From: Candidatus Latescibacterota bacterium
Lineage (GTDB): Bacteria; Latescibacterota; UBA2968; UBA8231
DNA length: 64,000 nt
Reading direction: 5' to 3'
NCBI GenBank assembly: GCA_965206595.1
Contig: OZ242214.1
Coordinates: 5,728,001-5,792,000, forward strand
A program made the position numbers and the translations under genes. This document shows, piece after piece, positions 1 through 10,501 of this stretch; position 1 is the first letter of the stretch; the number at the start of each line of letters is the position of its first letter. The notes beneath the pieces are model-generated. The model had not been told where the DNA came from, did no database searches, and saw nothing but the letters and a program-made list of their open reading frames with translations.

Positions 1-1
1 G

Positions 2-328
2 GGCCGGCTGGCCGATATCAGGAAGCGGCAGAGGTTTGCCCTCGACGCCGTTGGGCGGTCTGGCGCGGTGATCGAAACCTGCCCGACCTCCAACCTCTGC
101 ATCGGGGGGGTGCCGGATCCGGCCGCCCATCCGGTGCAGAGGTATCTCGAGTCCGGGGTGAACCTCGTTGTCGCCGCCGACGACCCGGGGATCTTCGATT
201 CGCCCCTGGCCGCCGAGGTCGACTGGGTGTTGCGCCACTCGGGGATGGATGCCGCAGGGCTCGCGGCGCGTCTCGGGGACCCGAGGCGGTTCAGGCTGGG
301 GCGGGGGCGCCCGGCTGCGGCAGGTTGA
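2..328 (+). CDS. Adenosine/AMP deaminase family protein, C-terminal fragment (5' end outside window)
   Basis: Frame open from window start; motifs [11 protein letters not shown] and AADDPGIF typical of the adenosine deaminase C-terminus. Confidence 0.8.
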   Translation, partial: GRLADIRKRQRFALDAVGRSGAVIETCPTSNLCIGGVPDPAAHPVQRYLESGVNLVVAADDPGIFDSPLAAEVDWVLRHSGMDAAGLAARLGDPRRFRLGRGRPAAAG

Positions 329-908
329 TCTCGCCCGCGGCGATCCTCCGCAGGGTATCGGTGAACAGCAGGTGCTCCCGTTTGAGGACGCGCGCCGCCA
401 GGGTTTCCGGGGTGTCCCCGGGGAGCACCGGGACCCGGGCCTGGGCGAGGATCGGGCCGTGGTCGTAGAACTCGTCGACCAGGTGCACGGTGGCGCCGCT
501 CTCGGTGTCCCCGGAAGCGAGCACCGCCTCGTGCACGGCCCTGCCGTAGAACCCGCGGCCCCCGTATTTGGGCAGCAGCGCGGGGTGAATATTGAGGACG
601 CGGCCCTGAAAGGTCCGCAGCGTGCGCTGCCCGAGCAACTTCATGAACCCCGCCAGGCAGACGAGGTCGGCGCCGCTGCGGCCCAGCACCGAGGCGATGG
701 CGGCGTCGAGTGCATCCGGATCGGGATGGGTGCGGCTGCTCAGGTGAAACGTGGGGATACCCTGGCGGCGGGCCCGCTCCAGCGCCTTCGAGCGCGAGTT
801 GTTGCCGACTACCGCCACCGGTTCGGCGGGCAGGCGCCCGTCCCTGCAGGCGTCGACGATCGCCTGCATGTTGGTGCCGCTGCCGGAGGCCAGGAATCCG
901 AGCTTCAT
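291..908 (-). CDS. purN: Phosphoribosylglycinamide formyltransferase
   Basis: [37 protein letters not shown] motifs. Confidence 0.95.
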   Translation of the reverse strand: MKLGFLASGSGTNMQAIVDACRDGRLPAEPVAVVGNNSRSKALERARRQGIPTFHLSSRTHPDPDALDAAIASVLGRSGADLVCLAGFMKLLGQRTLRTFQGRVLNIHPALLPKYGGRGFYGRAVHEAVLASGDTESGATVHLVDEFYDHGPILAQARVPVLPGDTPETLAARVLKREHLLFTDTLRRIAAGEINLPQPGAPAPA

Positions 909-946
909 GCGCGCCCGCTGCCGGAGGCGACTCGCGCTCCGTCCGG

Positions 947-1297
947 TCAGAGTATCTCGAGCACCTGCTGCGGAGGCCGTCCCAGGCGGGCGCGGTCACC
1001 GGCGACGACAATCGGGCGCTCGATCAGGATCGGGTGGGCGGCCATCGCCGCGATCAACGCCTTGCGGTCGTCGAGCTTGCCGGCGAGGCCCAGGTCTTCG
1101 TACTCCTTCTCCTTCGAGCGCAGCAGGTCCGCGGGCTCGATCTCCAGGAGGCGGAGCAGGCGGTCGAGGGTCTCCTGGTCGGGGGGCGATTTCAGGTACT
1201 CGACGACCGTCGGCTCGATGCCGCGCTCGCGCAGCAGCCCGAGAGTCTCGCTGCTCTTGCTGCATTGCGGGTTGTGGTAGATTGTGACGTCCGTCAT
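947..1297 (-). CDS. arsC: Arsenate reductase, glutaredoxin-dependent ArsC family
   Basis: [10 protein letters not shown] catalytic Cys; LLR, IERP and LGRP arginines. Confidence 0.88.
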   Translation of the reverse strand: MTDVTIYHNPQCSKSSETLGLLRERGIEPTVVEYLKSPPDQETLDRLLRLLEIEPADLLRSKEKEYEDLGLAGKLDDRKALIAAMAAHPILIERPIVVAGDRARLGRPPQQVLEIL

Positions 1298-1332
1298 GGT
1301 TCCTCCAGGATGATTGGAGTTTGACAGTCGAA

Positions 1333-1354
1333 GCGGTTTGTGATTACAAACCGC
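1333..1354. promoter_or_regulatory. Perfect inverted repeat between divergent genes, candidate operator
   Basis: GCGGTTTGT-GATT-ACAAACCGC, just downstream of TTGACA at 1321-1326. Confidence 0.45.
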
Positions 1355-1392
1355 GCCCCCTGACTCAGCTGATTCTGAAGAAAGGTTGATCC

Positions 1393-2355
1393 ATGTCCTT
1401 CAAATTCGTTCTTCTGCCCCCTTCCGGCGACTTCCGCATGGCCGCCAGAATCGAGGCGGCCGTTCCCGAGGCGAACGTCGTCGTCTGCGAGGACCGCGCC
1501 CAGGCGCTCGAGGAGCTGGCCGATGCGCCGGCGGCGTTCGGAACCCTGGACCCGGAGCTGCTGGCGGCCGCTCCTGGCCTGAAGTGGCTGGCGGCGCCTG
1601 CCGCCGGCCCTGACCCGAGCTTCTACTTTCCCGAGCTGGTGGCCAGCGACGTCGTAGTCACCAACATGCGTGGCATCTACTCCGACCATATCGGCGTCCA
1701 CATCATGGCTTTCGTGCTGGCCTTCGCCCGCCACCTGCACGTTTACCTGCCGGCGCAGCAGCGGGGTGAATGGGGCCCGGGAGGAGAAGGGGGTACGTCG
1801 ATTCACCTTCCCGGCGCCACCGCGGTCATCGTCGGGGTGGGCGGCATCGGTTCCGAAGCTGCCCGGCACTGCGCCCACTTCGGCATGCACGTGATAGGGA
1901 TCGATCCGCGGGTTGCCGAGGCGCCCGAAGGGGTCGACGAGCTGTACGCCCCGGAGGCGCTCGACGAGCAGCTCGGCCGCGGGGATTTCGTCATCATGAC
2001 CGCCCCTCAGACGCCGCAGATGGAGCGGCTCATCGACAAACAGCGGCTCGCGCGCATGAAGACGAGCGGCATCCTCATCAACATAGGACGGGGTTCGAAC
2101 GTCGTCCTCGACGACCTCGCCGACGCCCTCTACGAGGGGAGGATCGGAGGGGCGGCGCTGGACGTCTTCGAGATCGAGCCGCTGCCGCCGGGCCACAGGC
2201 TGTGGAAGGCGCCGAATTTTCTGATGACTCCGCACACCGCGGGGTCCGGGCCTTATCTGGGGGAGCGCCGCGTCCAGCTGCAGGTCGAGAACTGCCGCCG
2301 CTTCGCCCGCGGGGAGGAGCTGGCCAACGTGGTCGACAAGACCAACTGGTTCTGA
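1393..2355 (+). CDS. D-2-hydroxyacid dehydrogenase
   Basis: GVGGIG Rossmann motif, INIGRG, LDVFEIEPL, MTPHTAG. Confidence 0.92.
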   Translation: MSFKFVLLPPSGDFRMAARIEAAVPEANVVVCEDRAQALEELADAPAAFGTLDPELLAAAPGLKWLAAPAAGPDPSFYFPELVASDVVVTNMRGIYSDHIGVHIMAFVLAFARHLHVYLPAQQRGEWGPGGEGGTSIHLPGATAVIVGVGGIGSEAARHCAHFGMHVIGIDPRVAEAPEGVDELYAPEALDEQLGRGDFVIMTAPQTPQMERLIDKQRLARMKTSGILINIGRGSNVVLDDLADALYEGRIGGAALDVFEIEPLPPGHRLWKAPNFLMTPHTAGSGPYLGERRVQLQVENCRRFARGEELANVVDKTNWF

Positions 2356-2498
2356 AATTCTCGCGGTTCGCCGGGCTGCGTGCCTGAGGGGGTGGTCCGG
2401 TGGTCGAGACAAGAAGGCCTCCCAGGCAGCGATGGGATGCCCCGGCGAGCGGTGAATCGGCTGGCTTTCCCGATCGCCGGCAGGTGCGGTGAGGATGA

Positions 2499-3152
2499 TC
2501 AGGGGAGGCGCAGGGAGGAGCCCTCCACGGGCAGGCTTCCTATTATCAGCAGCCAGCCGTGGGCCTTCGGCTCTTCGACCGACCACTCCTTGATCTCGCC
2601 GCCGAGCTTCTTCTCGGCCCTCTCGCATACCTCGTCGAACGGAGGCCTGCCCGGGTCGGCGATGATCACCTGCTGCACCCCGGCCTTCAAGGCCTTGCGG
2701 ATCACCTTGTAGAGCGGGTCGATCAGCTCGTCCCAGAAGCAGATCTCGACGCCGATCATCAGGTCGTATCCTTCCATCTGCTTTTTGGTGAGGTTCTCGA
2801 AGCGCGATCTCCGGTGCGACAGGTCGACGCCGTTGATCTCGGCGTGGATGTGCATATAGGGGAAGACGTTGGGGTCGGCATCGACGCCGGTGACGCTGGC
2901 CCCGAACTCCCTGGCGCAGAAGATGCCGGTCAGCCCCCAGCCGCAGCCGAGTTCCATCACTTTCGCCTGCTGCGGCAGGCCCTGGCGCTGCAGGTAGTCC
3001 ATTGCCAGGAAGCTAGTCTTCCAGAACCGGTCGCCGTGGATTTCCGGCTCGTTCTCCCTGCTGAGCGCCCGCACCCGGGGGTGCGATTTCTTGAGAATCG
3101 TCAGACCGAACGCGGAGCGCTCCGTGCTTTTGGCCTTCTTCTTCTTGCCCAT
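2499..3152 (-). CDS. Class I SAM-dependent methyltransferase (METTL21/lysine MTase-like)
   Basis: HGDRFW, VMELGCGWGL motif I, IADPGR. Confidence 0.8.
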   Translation of the reverse strand: MGKKKKAKSTERSAFGLTILKKSHPRVRALSRENEPEIHGDRFWKTSFLAMDYLQRQGLPQQAKVMELGCGWGLTGIFCAREFGASVTGVDADPNVFPYMHIHAEINGVDLSHRRSRFENLTKKQMEGYDLMIGVEICFWDELIDPLYKVIRKALKAGVQQVIIADPGRPPFDEVCERAEKKLGGEIKEWSVEEPKAHGWLLIIGSLPVEGSSLRLP

Positions 3153-3298
3153 GGGAAAACAGGGGGGATGGGTTAGATTAAAAGGTTTGCCGCAATTGCC
3201 TGGAACGCCTGTCGCAGGCCGCAGAAACTACGAAACCCTCCCCTTCCTGCAAGAAAGCGGCTACCCTCCGGACCAAGGCGTTTCTTAGGACCAGACCG

Positions 3299-4708
3299 TT
3301 GATAAACTACCTTGTCGAGCGCTGGCGCGCCGACGGCGGCTACCGCGAGTTCCTCGTCATAGCGTTTCCGCTGATCCTCAGCACCGCCGCCTGGAGCGTC
3401 CAGCACTTCGTCGACCGCATGTTCCTGACCTGGTACTCGACGGAGGCCATGGCAGCAGCGCTTCCAGGCGGCATGACGAACTTCGTCTTCGCCAGCTTCT
3501 TCATCGGCATCGCGTCCTACGTCAACACCTTCGTCGCTCAGTACAACGGCGCCGGACGGCGCCGGCGGATCGGTCCGGCGCTCTGGCAGGGAGGCTACCT
3601 CGCCCTCATCAGCGCCGCCGCGGCCGGCATCCTCATCCTCCTTGCCCACCCGATCTTCGACCTCATCGGCCATGAGCCGTCGATCCGCGAACAGGAGGTG
3701 ACCTACTTCAGCATCCTCTGTTTCGGGCATCCGCCGCTGATCCTGTCGACTGCCCTGTCCTGCTTCTACAGCGGCCGCGGTAGGACGTGGATGGTGTTCA
3801 ACGTCAACGTCGCCGCGACCGCGGTGAACATCGTTCTCGACTACGGCCTGATCTTCGGCAAGTGGGGCCTGCCGGCCTGGGGGATTGGCGGCGCCGCCTG
3901 GGCGACCAACCTCGCCGAGGTGTTCGCCGCCCTGGTTTTCTGCGCACTGCTGTTGCAGTCGAGGTACCGGCGCGAGTTCGCGACCCTTTCCGGCTGGCGT
4001 TTCGACCGCCAGCTGTTCGCGCGCATGCTGCGGTTCGGCGGCCCCAACGGCGTCAACTTCATGCTCGACATGATGTCGTTCTCGCTCTTCATCCTCATCG
4101 TGGGCCGCGCCGGGATTCTCGAGCTCACCGCGACGAACCTCGCCTTCAATATCAACACCCTGGCTTTCATGCCGCTCATCGGCGCCGGTATCGCCGTGTC
4201 GACGATGGTGGGGCAGCGTCTCGGACAAAACCGGCCGGAGGCCGCGGCCTATGCGACCTGGTCCGGTCTGCACCTCGCTCAGCTGTACATGGGAAGCATG
4301 GCGCTCGCCTATTTCCTGGTTCCGCAGTGGTTTCTGATGCCGTACGGCATCAGGGCGTCCGGCGAGGACTTCGAGGCCGCCAGGGAGATGGCGCTGTTGC
4401 TGCTCAACATCGTCGCCCTGTACTGCCTTTTCGACGCCGGCTACATAATTTTCACCGCGGCCCTCAAAGGTGCCGGCGACACCCGCTTCATCCTGTTCGC
4501 CGCTCTCGCCGCGGGCTGGTTCGTCATGCTCATACCGGCGTACGTGGCGCACGCCCTGTTCGATGCCAACCTGTACGTCCTGTGGGGCTTCCTGTGCGCC
4601 TACATCATCACCGCGACGGGCATCTTCTACTGGCGCTTCCGGCAGGGAAAGTGGATGCAGATGCGGGTCATCGAGGAGGAGCCGCTGGCCGGGGCGGCAG
4701 GAGGATGA
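3299..4708 (+). CDS. MATE family efflux transporter
   Basis: ~12 hydrophobic helices; FVDRMF, NIVLDYGLIFGKWGLPAWGIGGAAWAT, LKGAGDT. Confidence 0.92.
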   Translation: MINYLVERWRADGGYREFLVIAFPLILSTAAWSVQHFVDRMFLTWYSTEAMAAALPGGMTNFVFASFFIGIASYVNTFVAQYNGAGRRRRIGPALWQGGYLALISAAAAGILILLAHPIFDLIGHEPSIREQEVTYFSILCFGHPPLILSTALSCFYSGRGRTWMVFNVNVAATAVNIVLDYGLIFGKWGLPAWGIGGAAWATNLAEVFAALVFCALLLQSRYRREFATLSGWRFDRQLFARMLRFGGPNGVNFMLDMMSFSLFILIVGRAGILELTATNLAFNINTLAFMPLIGAGIAVSTMVGQRLGQNRPEAAAYATWSGLHLAQLYMGSMALAYFLVPQWFLMPYGIRASGEDFEAAREMALLLLNIVALYCLFDAGYIIFTAALKGAGDTRFILFAALAAGWFVMLIPAYVAHALFDANLYVLWGFLCAYIITATGIFYWRFRQGKWMQMRVIEEEPLAGAAGG

Positions 4709-4711
4709 GCC

Positions 4712-5611
4712 GTGGCTGACCTGGTCTGGGGCATCGACCTCGGGGGAACGAAGATCGAGGGGGTTGTGCTGCCCTCGCGCGACTCGGCCGAGCCGCTGTG
4801 CCGCCTGCGCGTGGCGACCGGGGCGGAGGGGGGCTACGCCCAGGTGCGCCGCCGCATATGCGAGTTGGTCGCGGCGATGAAGTCGGAGGTCGGCGAGGGC
4901 CCCCGGGCCCTGGGCATCGGAACGCCCGGGGTCCTCGATCCGGTAACCGGGCTGATCAAGAACAGCAACACGACCTGCCTGATCGGGGAGCCGCTGCGCG
5001 CCGATCTGGAAACGGAGCTGAGCGTCGAAATCGCGCTCGCCAACGACGCCAACTGCTTTGCCCTCGCCGAGGCGAGCCTGGGAGCCGGCAGGGGGGCGGA
5101 GACGGTTTTCGGGATCATCATGGGAACCGGTGTAGGCGGAGGCGTCGTGGTCGACGGCCGCGTCCTCTACGGCTGTCAGGGGATCGCCGGAGAGTGGGGC
5201 CACAACCTTCTCGACCCTGCGGGGCCGGACTGCTACTGCGGCCGCCGCGGCTGCGTCGAGACCTTTCTCTCGGGGCCGCACCTCGAGCGTTTCTACGAGC
5301 AGGCGGCCGGGCGCCGCCGTTCCCTGGCCGAAATCGTCGATCTCCATCGCATGGACTCGGACCCGCACGCCACGGCCACGGTCGAGCGCCTGCTCGATTA
5401 CTTCGGCAGGGCGCTGGCAGTGGTCGTCAACCTCCTCGACCCCCACGTCGTCGTTCTGGGGGGAGGCGTCAGCAACGTCGATCTGCTCTACAGCGAGGGT
5501 CCCGGGCGGCTGGCGCAGTGGATGTTCAACGACCGCTGCGAGACGCGGATTGTCCGCAACCGGCTCGGGGACAGCGCCGGGGTTTTCGGCGCGGCCATGC
5601 TGGTTGCCTGA
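4712..5611 (+). CDS. ROK family sugar kinase (fructokinase/Mak-like)
   Basis: GIDLGGTK, NDANC, GTGVGGG, GEWGH, CYCGRRGCVE. Confidence 0.92.
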   Translation: MADLVWGIDLGGTKIEGVVLPSRDSAEPLCRLRVATGAEGGYAQVRRRICELVAAMKSEVGEGPRALGIGTPGVLDPVTGLIKNSNTTCLIGEPLRADLETELSVEIALANDANCFALAEASLGAGRGAETVFGIIMGTGVGGGVVVDGRVLYGCQGIAGEWGHNLLDPAGPDCYCGRRGCVETFLSGPHLERFYEQAAGRRRSLAEIVDLHRMDSDPHATATVERLLDYFGRALAVVVNLLDPHVVVLGGGVSNVDLLYSEGPGRLAQWMFNDRCETRIVRNRLGDSAGVFGAAMLVA

Positions 5612-5620
5612 ATTTCCGGG

Positions 5621-6331
5621 CTACTGCTGCCGCCGGCGCTTCCACTCCTCGTACTCGGCGAGAGTCTGCTGGTCCGGGGGGTAGTTGCCGACGATGCTCG
5701 CCCCGGAGCGGATGCGCTCGAGGATAAAGTCCTCTCTCTCTTCCATCTCCTCCGCCTCCGCGGCGACGGTGTCGGCGAGATGCGACGGGATGACGACCAC
5801 TCCCTCGCTGTCTCCGACGACGATGTCGCCGGGAAACACGGCGACGCCGCCGCAGGCTATCGGCACCTGGATTTCGCTCGGATGGTGAACGGTCTTGTTG
5901 CTGTGGGCGTTCATCGCCGCGGCGAACGCGGGGATGCCGATTTCGGCGATCGCCGGGGAATCCCTGTAGGCGCCGTCGGTGACGATGCCGGCCCCGCCCC
6001 TGGCGTGGATCCGCGTCGCCAGGATGTTGCCCATGGTACCTGCCGAGGTCTCGCCGCGGGCGTCGATGACGAACACCTCGCCGGCCGCCAGCTGCTCTAT
6101 GCCGACGCGCTGCGGGTCGGTCAGGTTGTCGACCTCGCCGGAGTCGAGATCCTCGCGCGCCGGGATGTAGCGCAGCGTGTACGCCGGCCCGGCCATTTTC
6201 ATTCCGGGCAGCAGCGGTTCGACTCCCTGCATGTAGGAGTTGCCGAGGCCGTGCGCTTTCAGCACCGAAGTCAGGGTGGCGGTGGTCGGAAGCTGGAGCT
6301 TGTCGAGGGTTTCCCGGGAAACGGTGGTCAT
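5621..6331 (-). CDS. RraA/HMG-aldolase family protein
   Basis: VIDARG, GIVTDGAYRD, PGDIVVGDSEGVVVIP. Confidence 0.88.
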   Translation of the reverse strand: MTTVSRETLDKLQLPTTATLTSVLKAHGLGNSYMQGVEPLLPGMKMAGPAYTLRYIPAREDLDSGEVDNLTDPQRVGIEQLAAGEVFVIDARGETSAGTMGNILATRIHARGGAGIVTDGAYRDSPAIAEIGIPAFAAAMNAHSNKTVHHPSEIQVPIACGGVAVFPGDIVVGDSEGVVVIPSHLADTVAAEAEEMEEREDFILERIRSGASIVGNYPPDQQTLAEYEEWKRRRQQ

Positions 6332-6423
6332 GGAAAGGTCCGTGGGTTGCGGATGAGCGGTGGTGGATTGCCGTACAGTAAACCCCTGCCGCGGATCGTC
6401 AAGCGCACCGGAGAGCCTGGACC

Positions 6424-6969
6424 ATGCCCCTCGCGGTAGAACCGGAGCGCCCGGTGCTGGCGCTGTGCGCGGTAATGGCCCGGCGCCCGCTGCTCGCCGC
6501 CGCCGCCGCGGACCTCGAGAAGGAGATCGGTCCCCTCGGCCCCCGGGGTCCCGTCTACCGGTTCGACTACACCAGCTACTACGAGAGGGAAATGGGCGGG
6601 GAACTCTGCAAGCAGATCATCGTCTTTGCGGACTTGGTGCCTCCCCACCGACTGGCGGGGTTGAAGGAGCGCACCATGGAGATAGAGCGCCGTCTGGCGG
6701 TAGATGACGGCAGCGGAGGCCGGCGTCGTCGCGCCAACATCGATCCCGGGCTGTTGTCGGAAGGCTCCCTGGTGCTGGCGACCACTAAGCACGGCCGCCA
6801 TCGCATCGCCGTCGCACCGGGGCTGTACGCCGAAATCACCCTGCTTTTCGAGCGCGGACGCTACCGCGGGCAGCAACGGACGTACGCGGATTACAGGAGT
6901 GAGGAGATGCAGGCTTTCCTGCTTCTGCTGCGGCGGGACCTGCTGGAGCGGCGGCGCGAGAGCCACTAA
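6424..6969 (+). CDS. DUF4416 family protein
   Basis: TSYYEREMG, NIDPG, LATTK, YAEITL motifs. Confidence 0.8.
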   Translation: MPLAVEPERPVLALCAVMARRPLLAAAAADLEKEIGPLGPRGPVYRFDYTSYYEREMGGELCKQIIVFADLVPPHRLAGLKERTMEIERRLAVDDGSGGRRRRANIDPGLLSEGSLVLATTKHGRHRIAVAPGLYAEITLLFERGRYRGQQRTYADYRSEEMQAFLLLLRRDLLERRRESH

Positions 6970-7026
6970 TCCCTGGGCGCGCACTCAAGGGCAGGAACAA
7001 GGGCGAGGGCAAACTGCGTGCCGGTA

Positions 7027-8157
7027 CTAGCGCTCTGCCAGCGGCACGAACGGCCTCGGCTCCTCCCCGGTGTATATGTGTGCGGGGCGGATCAGGCGGT
7101 TGTTTTCGTGCTGCTCGATGACGTGGGCGGCCCAGCCGGCGATGCGGCTGGCGACGAAGATCGGCGTGTACAGTGGAATCGGTATCCCCATCATGTAGTA
7201 GGTGTAGCCGCAGGGAAAATCGACGTTGGGGTGGATCCCCTTCTCGCGGATCATCGTCGTCTCGACTGTTTCCCCCATCTCGACCCACTTCGATTCTCCG
7301 GTCGCCGCGGAGATTGCGCGCGCCACCTGCTTCATCGAGGGGACGCGCGAGTCCCCCGACTTGTACTCGCGGTGGCCGAAGCCCATGATCTTCTTCTTCT
7401 CAGCGAGGGCATCGAGCACCCACTGCTCCGCTTTCGAAGGGTCGCCGATCTCGAGCAGCATTGCCATTGCCTGCTCGTTGGCGCCGCCGTGCAGGGCTCC
7501 GGCGAGGGCGCCGATCCCGCTGGTCACGGCGGCGTGCAGATCGCTCAAGGTCGAGGCGGTCACCCGCGCTGCGAAAGCCGAGGCGTTGTACCCGTGCTCG
7601 GCGTAGAGGATCAGCGATACGTCCATCGCCGAGGTTTCGTGCCCGGCCGGGGCGCTGCCCCTCAGCATGTACAGCAGGTTCTCCGCGTGCCCGAAGGTTT
7701 CGTCCGGGGCCACCGGATCCTCCCCATGGCCCAGGCGGTAGCCCGCGGCGATCAGGGTGGGGGCCTTGGCGATGATCCGCGCCGCCTTGCGGATGTTGGC
7801 CTCGCGGCTGTTGTCTTCGGCGTCCCGGTCGTACAGAGCCAGGGCCGAGACCCCGGTGCGCAGAAGGGTCATCGGGTGGGCGTCCGGCGGCGCCTGCCCC
7901 AGGATCTCCAGGACCTGCCCGGGGACAGTGCGTTCGGCGGCCAGGGCGGCGCTGAAGCGGTGGAGCTGTTCCGCGGTCGGCAGGTCTCCGTGGAGCAGCA
8001 GGTAGGCGACCTCCTCGTAGCTCGCCCCTTCCGTCAGGGCGACGAGGTCGTATCCGCGGATGATCAGGCGGTTGCGCTCCACGTCGATCCGGGAGATCGC
8101 GGATTCGCCGCCGATCACCCCCTCGAGACCGGGACTGTAGGCTGGCTTTTCAGACAT
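7027..8157 (-). CDS. prpC: 2-methylcitrate synthase / citrate synthase
   Basis: GLEGV, YAEHGYNAS, LHGGANE, MGFGHR, PNVDF; directly follows prpB. Confidence 0.85.
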   Translation of the reverse strand: MSEKPAYSPGLEGVIGGESAISRIDVERNRLIIRGYDLVALTEGASYEEVAYLLLHGDLPTAEQLHRFSAALAAERTVPGQVLEILGQAPPDAHPMTLLRTGVSALALYDRDAEDNSREANIRKAARIIAKAPTLIAAGYRLGHGEDPVAPDETFGHAENLLYMLRGSAPAGHETSAMDVSLILYAEHGYNASAFAARVTASTLSDLHAAVTSGIGALAGALHGGANEQAMAMLLEIGDPSKAEQWVLDALAEKKKIMGFGHREYKSGDSRVPSMKQVARAISAATGESKWVEMGETVETTMIREKGIHPNVDFPCGYTYYMMGIPIPLYTPIFVASRIAGWAAHVIEQHENNRLIRPAHIYTGEEPRPFVPLAER

Positions 8158-8160
8158 CGA

Positions 8161-9078
8161 TCAGCGTTCCTCCGGTTGTTTGTCCGGGTACGCCCCGGCC
8201 AGCGCGGCGTCCGTTTCCCGGTACTCGTCGTAGCGCAGCAGGTCGTAGAGCTCCCCGCGCGTCTGCATGCGCTCCTTGAGGGCTCTCGGCGTCCCCCGCT
8301 CCATCAGCTCGGTGAGCACCCCTTCGACCGCTTTCATCATGACGCGGAAAGCCGTCATCGGGAAGATCACCATGCGATAACCGAGGTCGCTGAACTGCTG
8401 CGCGGTGAGGTCGGGGGTCCTTCCGAACTCGGTCATGTTGGCCAGGAGGGGCGCCTGCACGAGCTCGGCGTAGCGCCCGAATTCCTCCTCCGTTTCGAGG
8501 GCCTCGATAAAGACCGCGTCGGCCCCGGCCTCGAGGTAGCGCAGCCCTCGCTCGACCGAGGCGCCGAACCCCTCGACCGCCCGCGCGTCGCAGCGCGCGA
8601 TCAGGGTGAAATCCGGATTCTCGCGCGCGGCCGCGGCCGCGGCCAGCTTCCGCTGCATCTCCTCCGCGGCAATGAGGGTCTTGCCCTCGAGATGGCCGCA
8701 ACGCTTGGGGGCCTGCTGGTCCTCGAGGTGGACGCCGGCGAGGCCTGCGCGCTCGAAGGCCTGAACCGTCCGCATAACCTGCAGGGCATCTCCGAACCCG
8801 GTGTCGGCGTCGCAGATCGCCGGCACCTCGACCGCCTGGGCGATGTACGCGGCTTCGCGAACCACCTCCTCCATGCCCAGCAGCCCGATGTCGGGGTAGC
8901 CCGCGGTGCCGTTGATAAGCCCCGCTCCGGAGATGTAGAGCGCCTCGAACCCGGTGCGCTCGGCGAGCATGGCCACGGGCGCGTTGAACACTCCCGGCAT
9001 GACGACGGTCTTCCCGGCGATGGCGCCGCGGAACGCCGCGCACTTCCGAGCCGGTGATGTGCGAGGCTTCAGAAGCAA
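8161..9078 (-). CDS. prpB: Methylisocitrate lyase
   Basis: LYISGAG, DADTGFG, EDQ, KRCGH, ANMTEFG; TTG start at 9078 inferred (ORF track extends to 9213). Confidence 0.9.
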   Translation of the reverse strand: MLLKPRTSPARKCAAFRGAIAGKTVVMPGVFNAPVAMLAERTGFEALYISGAGLINGTAGYPDIGLLGMEEVVREAAYIAQAVEVPAICDADTGFGDALQVMRTVQAFERAGLAGVHLEDQQAPKRCGHLEGKTLIAAEEMQRKLAAAAAARENPDFTLIARCDARAVEGFGASVERGLRYLEAGADAVFIEALETEEEFGRYAELVQAPLLANMTEFGRTPDLTAQQFSDLGYRMVIFPMTAFRVMMKAVEGVLTELMERGTPRALKERMQTRGELYDLLRYDEYRETDAALAGAYPDKQPEER

Positions 9079-9181
9079 CGGCAGGCGCTCCACGGAGGAG
9101 TTTGACGCCGCCGGAGCTCCGCGAAATGGGGCATCCGGCCGCCGTGGGCGAGGTCCATCAGGCAGCGCTCGGGAAGCGCCT

Positions 9182-10480
9182 TCACCGTCCGGCCCCCAGA
9201 CCGCCGCCTGCAATCGTGGCGTCGCGGTCGGCCCCGACCGAAATCAGCGACACCGGGGCGCCGGTGAGCTCGCTGATGCGCCCGACGTAGCGGCGCGCCT
9301 CCTCGGGAAGCTCCTCGATCCTGCGGGCATCGGTGGTCGGCGTGCACCACCCGGGCAGTTCCTCGTAGATCGGGGTGCAGCGCTCGAGCACGCGGGAATC
9401 CATCGGGAACTCCTCGACCGTCTCCCCTTCGAGCCGGTACCCCGTGCACAGCTTCAGCCGGTCGACCGTGTCGAGGATGTCGAGCCGGGTAATTGCCAGG
9501 CTCGTCAGGCCGTTGACGAGGCGTGCCCGCCGCAGGATCGTCGCGTCGAACCAGCCGCAGCGCCGCGGCCGGCCGGTGGTCGCGCCGTATTCACGGCCGA
9601 GTTCGCGAATGCGGTCCCCCTCTTTTCCGAGCAGCTCCGTCGGGAAGGGACCGTTGCCGACCCGGGTCGTGTACGCCTTGGTGACTCCTATAACCTCGTC
9701 TATGCGCGTCGGCCCGATGCCGGTGCCGGTGCAGGCGCCTCCCGCGGTCGTGTTCGACGAGGTGACGAACGGGTAGGTGCCGTGGTCGATGTCGAGGAGG
9801 GTGCCCTGGGCCCCCTCGAACAGCACCGTCCTGCCGTCGTCGAGCATGCTGTTGAGCAGCACCGACGTATCGGTCACGAAGGGGCGCAGGCGCTCGGCAC
9901 TGGCCAGGCAGGTATCGACGATGGTGGCTTCGTCGAGAGGCTCCAGCCCGTAGAGGCGGGTGAGGATCCGGTTCTTGGCCCTGACCGTGCCGGTCAGCTT
10001 CTCTCGCAGGGCTTCGGCGTCGAGCAGGTCGACCACCCTGAGGCCGTGGTCCCTTTCGACCTTGTCGCGGTAGGCGGGGCCGATGCCGCGCAGGGTCGTG
10101 CCGAGTTTTTCGTTTCCCCGGCTCTCCTCGCCCGCCTTTTCCAACACCTTGTGATACGGCATCACGAGATGGGCGGCGGCGCTGATGAAAAGGCGCCCAT
10201 CGACGGAGACGCCGCGCCCGGCCAGCTCGTCGAGTTCCTGCAGCAACGCCTCGGGGTCGAGCACCACCCCGTTGCCGATGACACAGGTCTTGCCGGGGTG
10301 CAGGATTCCGGCGGGAATGACGTGAAAGATGAAGACGTCGTCCCCCACCTTGACGGTGTGCCCGGCGTTGGCTCCCCCCTGGTAGCGCACCACGCAGTCC
10401 GCTTCGTCGGTCAGATAATCGACGACCTTGGCCTTTCCCTCGTCCCCCCACTGGGCGCCGAGAACCACTTTGGTCGGCAT
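9182..10480 (-). CDS. purA: Adenylosuccinate synthetase
   Basis: QWGDEGK, GGANAGHT, EGAQG, TTGRPRRCGW. Confidence 0.97.
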   Translation of the reverse strand: MPTKVVLGAQWGDEGKAKVVDYLTDEADCVVRYQGGANAGHTVKVGDDVFIFHVIPAGILHPGKTCVIGNGVVLDPEALLQELDELAGRGVSVDGRLFISAAAHLVMPYHKVLEKAGEESRGNEKLGTTLRGIGPAYRDKVERDHGLRVVDLLDAEALREKLTGTVRAKNRILTRLYGLEPLDEATIVDTCLASAERLRPFVTDTSVLLNSMLDDGRTVLFEGAQGTLLDIDHGTYPFVTSSNTTAGGACTGTGIGPTRIDEVIGVTKAYTTRVGNGPFPTELLGKEGDRIRELGREYGATTGRPRRCGWFDATILRRARLVNGLTSLAITRLDILDTVDRLKLCTGYRLEGETVEEFPMDSRVLERCTPIYEELPGWCTPTTDARRIEELPEEARRYVGRISELTGAPVSLISVGADRDATIAGGGLGAGR

Positions 10481-10501
10481 GGCCGCTTTCCTACCTGCCT
10501 C

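Noticed and set aside
947-1297. arsC as part of the arsS system
   Set aside because: About 44 kb away in a housekeeping context; no linkage evidence.
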